Part shown: positions 54,796-64,000 of the stretch, piece by piece
How the letters are laid out: the number at the start of each line of letters is the position of its first letter
How positions within the stretch are numbered: position 1 is the first letter of the stretch
From: Camelus dromedarius
Lineage: Eukaryota
Length of the DNA: 64,000 nucleotides
Assembly (NCBI RefSeq): GCF_036321535.1
Contig: NC_087436.1
Coordinates: forward strand, 65,102,001-65,166,000
Reading direction: 5' to 3'
Position numbers and translations under genes: made by a program
Notes under the pieces: generated by a model
Databases searched by the model: none
Told to the model about the DNA's origin: nothing
The model's input: the letters and a program-made list of their open reading frames with translations, nothing else

Positions 54796-54928
54796 ATTAT
54801 TTTTCTTGTGAGGAGAAGGTAATTAGCTTTATTTACTTATTTTTAGAGGAGGTACTAGGGATTGAACCCAGGATGCTGTGCACACTGAGCATGTGCTCTA
54901 CTACTTGAGTTATATGCTCCCCATCCCT
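54796..54928 (-). mobile_element. tRNA-derived SINE, camelid vic-1-like
   Basis: Reverse complement reads ggggagcatataactcaagtagtagagcacatgctcagtgtgcacagcatcctgggttcaatccctagtacctcc, then an AT-rich tail. It has a degenerate A box and the B box GGTTCAATCC. TSD TCTAATTGT at 54787-54795 and 54929-54937. Confidence 0.85.
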
Positions 54929-54992
54929 TCTAATTGTCTCTTACTATCTTGTTTAAGTCCCCTCCCTTCTCTTTTTATAGGGGTCCTCAATG

Positions 54993-55824
54993 TTTTATTT
55001 TATTTACTTATTTACTTATTTTATTGACATATAGTCAGTTACAATGTGTCAGTTTCCAATGTACAGCATAACATCTCATTCATTCATATATATATATATT
55101 TGTTTTCATATTCTTTTTCATTAAAGGTTATTATAAGATATTGAATATAGTTCCCTGTGCTATACAGAAGAAATCTGGTATTTATCTGCTTTTATATATA
55201 GTGGTTAACATTTGCAAATCTCAAACTCCAAATTTAGCCCTTCCCACCAACTTTCCCTTGGTAACCATAAGATTGTTTACTATGTCTGAGAGTCTGTTTC
55301 TGTTTTGTAGATGAGTCTGTTAGTGTCCTCTTTTTTCTTTTCTTTTTTTTTTTGCTTCCACATATGAGTGATATCATATGGTATTTTTCTTTTTTTTTCT
55401 GTCTTTCTTCACCTAGAATGACAATCTCCAGTTCCATCCATGTTGCTGCAAACAGCATTATTTTATTCTTTTTTATGACTGAGTAGTATTCCATTGTATA
55501 AATATACCACAACTTCTTTATCCAGTCATCTGTTGATGGACGTTTAAGTTGTTTCCATGTCTTGTCTATTGTAAATACTGTGCTATGAACATTAGGGTGC
55601 ATGTAACTTCTTGAATTAGAGTTCCCTCCAGATACATGCCCAGGAGAGGGATTGCTGGTCAGAATGACCATCATTAAAAAGTCCACAAATGATAAATGCT
55701 GGAGAGTATGTGGAGAAAAGGGAACCCCTCTACTCGGCTGATGGGTGTGTAGTTTCGTGCAGCCATTATGGAAAACAGTATGGAGATTCCTCAAAAGACT
55801 GAAAATAGACTTACCATATGACCC
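54993..55824 (-). mobile_element. Young LINE-1 3' end with 5' inversion (twin priming)
   Basis: T-rich tail at ~54993-55022, antisense L1 to ~55657, then sense-strand L1 at 55658-55824 (gtcagaatgaccatcattaaaaagtcc...gacttaccatatgaccc). Confidence 0.92.
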
Positions 55825-56142
55825 TTCACTCTTGATATGTGTCAGCCGTATTCCTCAAGTTGCACTGTAGCTTTTGTTATTCCTGATACATTTTTTTCCC
55901 ATTCCCAGAGGCAGGATATGTTTTCCATTCACTCCTGTTGCTATTGGACTCCATTTACTGATGCTCAGCAACACTGTTTAGCAAATATTTTACCTTCTGT
56001 CTCTTTGAAATGAGTTCTCTAGGCCTGAAAAAGTAATTCATGTACCCGAGGCACTTTTAAAAACAGAGGCCGTTTGAAGGAATCTACCAAGTGGACCTGA
56101 GAAATAACACAAATTCTGCCTTTTGTTCAGCAGCTTTTAACT

Positions 56143-56420
56143 CTGTGTTGTCTAATATAATAACAAATAGCCACATGTGGCTATTGAGAACTTGGAATGA
56201 AAAATAAAATGAAAAAATGAAATTAAATATAGTTGAACTATATCCAATAACAATATTATCTGAATTGTGATGTGCTGGAAGTATAAAATACATATTGGAT
56301 GTTGAGGACTTAATATGAAAAAATGTAAAATTTTTCAGTTTTTTCCTTTTGCCTTTTTTAACATAGTGAAACTTAAAATGACTTATGTGGCTCACATTAT
56401 ACTACTCTCAGATAGTGCTA
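56143..56420. mobile_element. MER33/MER3-like hAT-Charlie MITE
   Basis: gtgttgtctaata...tagccacatgtggctattgagaacttggaatg...gtataaaatacatattggat...tatgtggctcacattata...gatagtgct. Confidence 0.75.
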
Positions 56421-56963
56421 TCCTGACTAAATGCAGGTCACACCTTATTTTAAATAAAGGAAATTTTTAGAATGATTATTTACTACTAATACTTTCCATA
56501 AATAAAGTATTTAGAATAATGAAAATATTTAATTACAATCACAGAATATTTTAGTATCACATATTCTATATATTTTTATAGTTAAATCCAAATCTCAGAA
56601 GCCATTCTGCTAATATAGAACCCTTCTCTTCAATTATAGAAATTTTTTTTCTGAGGGAAGGAATAAACTTTATTAACAAATACCAACATGGAAAGAAAAT
56701 TTGGAAAAGAAGATCTAAATAGGTAAGTTGACAGAGAGAAGAAAAATGATGTGTATAAATTGCACTTTACAAAGCATATTCTTATGTACTATCCTACTTA
56801 AATTTTACAGTGACCCTAAATATTGGTTAAACATTATTTTAAAAAAAGATTTTTGTGTGCTTTGTGTGGGTGTGTATACATATGTGTTAGTTGGTCAGGT
56901 AGCTACTAATTTTTTTTAATTCATAAACATAAAGTAAAAAACAAAGGATAAAGAGTGGGGTAA

Positions 56964-57485
56964 AGATTGGGAAGATAGTTCTCTGGGTCACTCAAATTTC
57001 TGCATGTCTTGTGAGCAGAGACATTGCCAGCTTTTATCCCCAGATGACCTTTTCAATTATGTTAGTGTAGCCAAAAACTTAGAAGATAAAGGTAGTGTCT
57101 TCCTTTAGAGCAGAGTACGTTTGTTTACTGTACCAGATAATGGAGATAATATCTCCCTCTGAGGAAAAGGTTAAGCATGTTTCCTTGCAACCCATTACAT
57201 TATAAAATATCAGGGTTCCCTAAGTCTGAGGTACCACATCTGTGACATAAACTCATTTTGCATGAAGCATCCTCACTGGCTGCTTCATGTTGCCACATGG
57301 ACTTGAGGGGCAAGAGGAACTGATGTAGCTATGAAGCCAGTGCTGTCTGCTGTGCTGTGAATAATAAAATACTTTGTCTCTGTCCCAGAAATCTCATGTC
57401 TTCTGCCACCATTCATGAAATTGTGGCAGGCTAACTTTTGAGCTTGCAAATAGAGTAATATCTCAGACCCTATAAAGCCCTAGAG
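56964..57485 (+). mobile_element. LTR40-like (ERVL) solo LTR
   Basis: ttgggaagatagttctct...tttctgcatgtcttgtgagcagag...gggttccctaag...aataataaaatactttgtctctg...gtggcaggctaac...agcttgcaa. Confidence 0.8.
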
Positions 57486-58803
57486 AAATGGGTATGTTCA
57501 AGAATAAAAGTTGGTTGGAAATAGTTTTTAAGCTCAGGAAAGAATAATGACAGCAAAAAGTTAGGGGCCAAGTGGTTATTGAGGATAGGGCATGAAATGA
57601 GGAAAGGATATCTATATGATTTATGATTATATAAAGATACTTCCATCAAAAAAATGAACAGTTTTACTCTATTTGACATTACTTAATTTTTATAATTTAA
57701 GTCACATAAAAAAGTAATTCTACTTCAGTGGGTAAAAGCTGGTTACTTCAAATAGCAATAAAGTTATTGTTCTAACTCCAAGGACAGACATAGTAGTTGA
57801 TATAAAACATACTATTCAAACAGGAAATGAGAAAGTCATTATTATAATTCTTAAGTCTCCTCTGGGTAAAAATAAACAGAAATGGTGATATGTATAAATC
57901 AGTTACCCAGGCTGGGCAGTCGTTTGTGGAGTTAAGTCAGTTTTACCTGGATTTTGGGTGGGTAGGGGTACCCCAGCTGAGACCTTTAATGCATTCATTT
58001 CATGTTAACTAAGCACCTACAATCTTCTGCCAGTCGTATACTAGAAGTGTACAATAATTTGTAATATTTTACTGCAAAACTTATTAAAAACAAAGACAAA
58101 CCACGCTCGTACCGTTCTCTTCAGTTGGCATTAAAGGTATAAAAACTTGCCCTACGTTAAAAGGCAAGCAACTTCCCTTGCCTAGAATGCTGTTAAATCT
58201 TCTATTACAAGTCAATAACATGACTGAACAGTCAATTCATCTTACTTACTTCTGAGTTTATGAACTTTATCTTCTATTTTTTAAAACCACCTTTCCATAA
58301 TACACTGAAGTAACAACTGGCTAATTAGCTAACTAACACTGACTGTATAATACTGGTTCTTAAGACTACTTATCGTCCCTCCTGAACGTGAGTAAGGTAT
58401 AACACATACATGAGAGTGTTTCATTATTGTTGACTCTAACGATTTGGAAAGGCAGGAAGGAGAGTGTTAAGGGTGTGTACCTGCATTTCTGGGACTTATG
58501 GAGAGAATATACTCCCCGCCCCCCTTTTTCAGTTTTGTTACATAGAATTATTACAGTTCGACTGCACATACACATTATATTGCATGTAATACATATATAC
58601 AGCATACTGCACATTTTTTTTAGTTTTAATGTATGTACTAATTATTGTTTCTAAGAACAGTTTAGATCTTTAGCTTTTTAAACTTACATAGTTATCAAAG
58701 GAATAAAGCCAACTACAAAATAAGAATTGACAGAATGTGGTAATCCAATCATAAAGGACAGTCAAATGTGCTTATACATATTCAAGAAATCAAAATAATA
58801 GTT

Positions 58804-60999
58804 AGTTCATTTGTGTCCTTATTATTATTGTTATTATTTTTAGATTTCTCATAGAAATAATGTCATATGGCATTTTTCTTTCTCTTTCCAGCCCACTTTA
58901 CTTAGAATGACAATCTTCAGGTCCATCCATATTGGTGCAAATGGCATTATTTTATTCTTTTTATGGCTGAGTAGTGTTCCATTGTATATATGTACTGCAT
59001 CTTCTTTATCCAGTCATCTGTGGATGGACATTTGGGTTGTTTCCATGTCTTGGCTATCGTAAATAGTGCTGCTATGAACATTGGGATGCATATGTCTTTT
59101 TGAATTTTATTTTTCTCTGGATATATGCCCAGGAGTGGGATTGCTGGATCACATGGTAAGTCTATTTATAGTTTTTTAAGGAACCTCTATACTGCCCTCC
59201 CTAGTGGCTGCACCAATCTACATTCCCATCAACAGTGTAGGAGGGTTCCTTTTTCTCCACACCCTCTCCAGCATCTGTAATTTGTAGTCTTTTCAATGAT
59301 GGCCATTTTGGCTGGTTTGAAGTGATACCTCATTGTAGTTTTAATCTGCATTTCTCTAACAATTAGCATTCTGAGCATTTTTTCATGTGACTATTGACCA
59401 TTTTTATGTCTTTGTTGGAGAATTGCTTGTTTAGATCTTCTGCCCATTTTTGGATTGGGTTGCTTGTTTCTTTGATATTAAGGTGTATGAACTCTTTGTA
59501 TATTTTGGAAATTAGTCCCTTGTCAGTCACATCATTTGCGAATATTTTCTCCATTCTGTATGCTGTCTTTTCGTTTTGTTGATGGCATCCTTAGCTGTGC
59601 AAAAGCTTTTAAGTTTAATTAGATCCCATTTGTTTATTTTTACTTTTATTTCCAATACTCCAGGAGCTGGTTCAAAAAATATATTGCTGTAATGTATGTC
59701 CACGAGTGTTCTGCCTGTGTTTTCCTCTAGGAGTTTTACAGTATCTGGTCTCACATTTAGGTCTTTAATCCATTTTGAATTTATTTTTGTACATAGTATT
59801 AGGGAATATTCTAATTTCAGTCTTTCACAGGTAGTTGTCCAGTTTTCCCAGCACCACTTATTGAAGAGACTGTCTTTTCTCCATCGTATATTCTTGCCTC
59901 CTTTGTCATAGATTAACTGACCATACGTGCGTGAGTTTATTTCTGGACTTTCTGTCCTGTTCCATTGATCTATGTGTCTGTTTTTGTGCCAGTACCATAC
60001 TGTTTTGATTAATATAGCTTTGTAGTATAGTCTGAAGTCAGGGAGCCTGATTCCCCCAGCTCTATTCTTCTCTTTCAAGATTGTTTTGGCTATTTGAGGT
60101 CTTTTGTGTTTCCATACAAATTTTAAAAGGTTTTGTTCCAGCTCTGTGAAGAATGTCATTGGTAACTTAATGAGGATTGCATTGAATCTGTAAATTGCCT
60201 TGGGCAGTATGGCCATTTTAACAATATTGATTCTTCCTACCCAAGAACACAATATATCTTTCCATTTGTTTATGTTTTCTTCCATTTCCTTGATCAGTAT
60301 CTTATAGTTTTCAGCATACAGGTCTTTTGCCTTCTTGGGAAGGTTTATTCCCAGGTATTTGATTCTTTTTGGCATGATGTTAAATGATATTGTTTCCTTA
60401 ATTTCCCTTTCTATTTCATTGTTAGTGTATAGAAATGCAACTGATTTCTGTATATTAATTTTGTATCCTGCAGCTTTACTGAATTCATTGATGAGCTCTA
60501 GTAGTTTTCTGGTTGCTTCTTTAGGGTTTTCTATGTATAGTATCATGTCATCTGCAAACAATGACAGTTTTACCTTTTCATTTCCAATTTGGATTCCTTT
60601 TATTTCTATTTCCTCTCTGATTGCTATGGCTGAGACTTCCAAAACTATGTTGAATAAAAGTAGTGAGAGTGGGCATCCTTATCTTGTTCCTGATCTTGAA
60701 GGGAAAGCTTTCAGCTTTTCCCCATTAAGTATGATGTTAGCTGTAGGTTTGTCATATATGTCCTTTATTATGTTGAGGTATGTTCCATCTATGCCCACTT
60801 TCTGGAGAGTTTTGATCATAAATGGATGTTGAATTTTATCAAAAGCTTCTTCTGCATCTATTGAGAGTATCACATGGTTTTCATTCTTCAGTTTGTTAAT
60901 GTGGTGTATCATGTTGGTTGATTTGCATATATTGAAAAATCCCTGCATCCCTGAGATAAATCTGACTTGATCATGGTGCATGATTCGTTTAATGTATTG
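58804..60999 (-). mobile_element. LINE-1, 5'-truncated (~2.2 kb of ORF2 plus start of 3' UTR), distal 3' UTR and poly(A) missing
   Basis: Minus-strand translations are L1 ORF2 ([52 protein letters not shown]). The DNA at 58804-59400 aligns by eye to the L1 copy at 43156-43728. Confidence 0.97.
58840..60999 (-). pseudogene. Disrupted L1 ORF2p: reverse transcriptase domain to C-terminal Cys-rich region
   Basis: ORFs 60679..60981 and 59527..60642 share a frame and are split by one TAA at the Q of the QGCPLS motif. The FADD catalytic motif is intact. Frameshifts occur near 59550 and 59365, and a stop follows [14 protein letters not shown]. There is no endonuclease domain. Confidence 0.93.
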
Positions 61000-61329
61000 G
61001 AGAGGATATACTTAAAAAAAAACTTCCCGTTTCCAAAACTTGCTGTTTGTTCTTCAGGCTAAGTATTAGTCATTATTTATCAGACTGAAAATGCCTTTGG
61101 CACTACACCTCATAAAAACTCTCTCTAGTTTAAAAAACAAGCAGCTTCTCCTGCCTACAAGGGCAGACATTTCTTCAATGTCTAGTGCAATGTCACTTGT
61201 GATAATGAAGCTATACCTAACTTCTCTGTGCCGAGTAGTCAATCTGTACTCTCTCTCGTGCCCTTATTGGAAAGTCAGAAACTGTAAAAGTTATGAGATT
61301 TTACCCAACCTCAAGCTAACAAGTTCGTC

Positions 61330-61808
61330 TGTCTCAGGTCCAAAATACAAGAAAATGTCTTAATGCTATTACAGTAGCTAGAGTTACATATTGTGCCAGT
61401 TCTCTGATCCCCAATTACCACAAAGAGATGAAAAGAGGATTAGGTATTGCTTGTGCACACTGTGTGATGTACTATAGAAGAGGAACCTGAAGTTTAGGAA
61501 ACCTCAATTTTATAAAAAGCATTGCTGGAAAACTGCCCATACTCCCCTATGAAAAGAGACACTGTCTTGATGATACTGACCTACATATTTGTGCTTAGGA
61601 GGAGAGGGAGGCATCTCCATCTTTGCTATCTGGAATGTAAGTAAACCTGGGGTTGGTGGTAGAAGGAGATATCTATCTTTTTTTACCATGGAATGTAGGA
61701 TATGCCACCATTTATTGAATGTTCTTTGCTTATAACAATATTCTGGAGAAGATGGTCTAGAGCAAGTTAACTGTTAAAATATGTGGAAATATGAATTCTC
61801 TCTCAATA
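61330..61808 (-). mobile_element. LTR40-related ERVL LTR, diverged
   Basis: Right end aaatatgtggaaatatgaattctctctcaata and internal gagggaggcatctccatc resemble the reverse complement of the LTR40 5' part. Confidence 0.4.
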
Positions 61809-62254
61809 CCCATATCTTACAAATACCTTTGTTATAACACTTTTCTATTTTTGTCCTAATAATCTACATTTTTTCACTCCCTCAGCTCTTGGTACAATAC
61901 ACAAGCTTCTAGTAGACATTCTGCAAATGTATTGGTAAGGAAATACTGAACAACAGTTTTATTAAAGAAACCAAGTAATTGTTATTTTATTTCTGCTAAC
62001 ATTACTGCTGATATCAGTATTATGTCACACTTGTGCTAGCAATCATCTCCTTCATAGTCTTTCTTCTTGTTATCAGTCACTTTCAAGTGTGATACATTTT
62101 ACAAAGTGTTGTTGGATTATTCTTTTTAAAGCAAATACAGTAATATGACCATAAAGCCTATGGAATAAAATAAAGCTATTTGACTCATCTTCTGTGACTT
62201 CAATTACAGTATAGATTGCATGATATGGTCCCATTGATCACCCATAGATTTGTT

Positions 62255-62575
62255 CATATTTACCAACCTTTTTATCCTCTGTCCTCTTGTTTGGTGTGTT
62301 TCAATTCTGTCTTTCAAGTTCATGGCTATTTTCTTCTGCATTGTCAAATCTGCTAACTCCAGTGTCTGCAAAATTTTGTCTTAAATTTCCTTTAATTAAA
62401 AAAAAATTTATAATGTATGTTTGAAATATTTGCTGGTGAATTTCACCATCTTTGTCATTTCTGGGTCTGTTTATATTGGTAGTTTTTACTCTGTGTTATG
62501 ACTCTTATTATCCTATTTTTTTCTGCATGTCTGGTAATTTTTGATTGGTGCCAAAGAATATGAATTTTATGAATC
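62255..62575 (-). mobile_element. Ancient L1 5'-region fragment
   Basis: ctttcaagttcatggctattttcttctgcattgtcaaatctgct...tttgtcatttctgggtctgttt...tgcatgtctggtaattttt. Confidence 0.6.
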
Positions 62576-63094
62576 AAATTATTGAATAGTTTATCACTGT
62601 TCCTAAATCGTGACATTTCTTAGATTTCTAATGAAGCTTTTCAGGAATTCAACATTATCTTTCCATTCATGCTTGTCTCAACTAAAATTTAGTACATAGA
62701 ATAAACAATACATTTTTATTCAAGGAATAATTAATTGAATTATAAGTTTTCCATTTCTTCAAAACAGTGTCAATGGTCACACACAAAAGATTCCAATTCA
62801 ATCAATATGAATATTTTAAATGTATTTAATGAATAAAGAATACATTAATTTACTTTTTGAAGATGATGATAAAATGAAATATTATACATGGGAAACAAAA
62901 TCAGAGAATTATCTAAATACAAATTTGAAACACTTCTTCAAAATTAAAATTACCTTTAAAAAAATTTTACATTTACTTGCAGTAAAATTTAGTACTCTTA
63001 TTATACAATTCTGTGAGATTTAATAAAAACATACTGACATATAGTTACAAACATAAATAAGGTACAGAATAGTTCCATCACCTCCAAAATAATA

Positions 63095-63107
63095 ATCTGC
63101 TTAAACA

Positions 63108-63161
<54 letters not shown>

Positions 63162-63600
63162 ACTGTAGTGGTCTGAAGTCCAAAATGGGTGTCCATAAAG
63201 GGTCTGTCTCACTGGGCTAAAATCCCAGTGTTGTTGGCAGGGTTGCTTCTGGAGGCTCTGAGAGAATCTTTTACTATATTTTTTTTTCAGTTTTTAAAGG
63301 CCAGTTGCATTTCCTTGGTTCATGGCCCCATTCCGTTATCTTCATAGTTAGCGAGATTGGACTGAGTCCTTTTGACACTATCATCTTTTTTATCTGTCTC
63401 TCCTGTATTCCTCCTTAGCCTTGTTAGGGGCCTTGTGATTATTTTGGACCTATATGGATAATCCAGAATAATCTCCCTGTTTTAATATTCTCAATTGAAT
63501 CACATCTGCAAAAATGCCTTTTATCGTATAAGATAACATCCATTGGTTCTGGGGATTAGGATGTAGACCTGTTTGGGGGGACCTTATTCTTCCTATCACA
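63095..63600 (-). mobile_element. MLT1D-like solo LTR
   Basis: tctcactgggctaaaatc...cttctggaggctctgagagaatc...ggataatccagaataatctccct...aatcacatctgcaaa...ggttctggggattaggatgt...ttattcttcctatcaca. Confidence 0.88.
63109..63156. repeat. (AC)24 perfect microsatellite
   Basis: Read directly. It lies within the end of the MLT1D-like LTR. Confidence 0.97.
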
Positions 63601-64000
63601 GCCTAGTTTACATGGTGTTGGCCTTATGGAAGTGTACTATGTTTTGCTTCTTTGATATTTTCCTGGCTTATGATTCTGAAGAACGGTATAGGCTGTAATT
63701 CTGCTGATTTGAAGGCGCAAGTTGAATGCTTACCTTGTAGGCTTATCATCTTATTTATAAGACTTTTTGGTAAAGGTTGAGTTTTAAGGAACATGATTTG
63801 ATCCAAAGTATATTTCAATACATATAATATAATGAACTCAGCTATAATGAATGCTAATATATTTATGAAGTGTGTAATTGTGTTTCAAAGCCATTTCAAG
63901 GAAGCACTGTAGCATAGTGGAAATAACCTGGCAGCAGAGTTCAAATAAGCTGACTATTAGTTACTTGTACCATTAGTGAAGCTAGAATTTTTAATGCTGA

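Noticed and set aside
54850..54922. tRNA gene
   Set aside because: The stems and A box are degenerate, and the AT-rich tail and TSD indicate a SINE.
55234..55794. 186-aa ORF as a novel fusion protein
   Set aside because: It is a read-through of the L1 inversion junction, joining antisense L1 to an ORF2 C-terminal remnant and 3' UTR.
58614..58630. ATTAAA plus A8 on the minus strand as the poly(A) tail of the 58.8-kb L1 insertion
   Set aside because: The signal lies only 3 nt from the A-run (normally 10-30 nt), and no matching TSD is seen beyond 60999.
59394..60832. Plus-strand ORFs of 62, 71 and 165 aa
   Set aside because: They are antisense shadows of L1 ORF2.
355..63818. The many 60-150 aa ORFs in the track as host genes
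   Set aside because: They have no recognisable domains, have compositions typical of AT-rich non-coding DNA, and many lie inside repeats. Only the L1 ORF2-derived ORFs are real protein remnants.

Overview
AT-rich, CpG-poor mammalian genomic DNA, most likely from a camelid: it carries a vic-1-like tRNA-derived SINE and several related young L1 3' ends. I see no host protein-coding exon, intact RNA gene or prokaryotic feature. The window is a layered transposon landscape of ancient L2, MIR and CR1 remnants, MaLR (MLT1) and ERVL (MLT2, LTR40) LTRs, hAT-Charlie DNA transposons, old L1M fragments, two ERV1 solo LTRs and young 5'-truncated L1s. The only recognisable protein sequence is decayed L1 ORF2 (58.8-61.0 kb, minus strand). 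The most notable structures are a twin-primed (5'-inverted) L1 at 55.0-55.8 kb, an inverted pair of same-family ERV1 solo LTRs with 4-bp target-site duplications (TSDs), and an L1 lacking its 3' end that abuts a CpG-richer unique block. L1s are also strongly biased to the minus strand, which hints at a plus-strand intron. I found no convincing new biological system. Repeat family names are by-eye recognitions, and boundaries are approximate unless a TSD is given.
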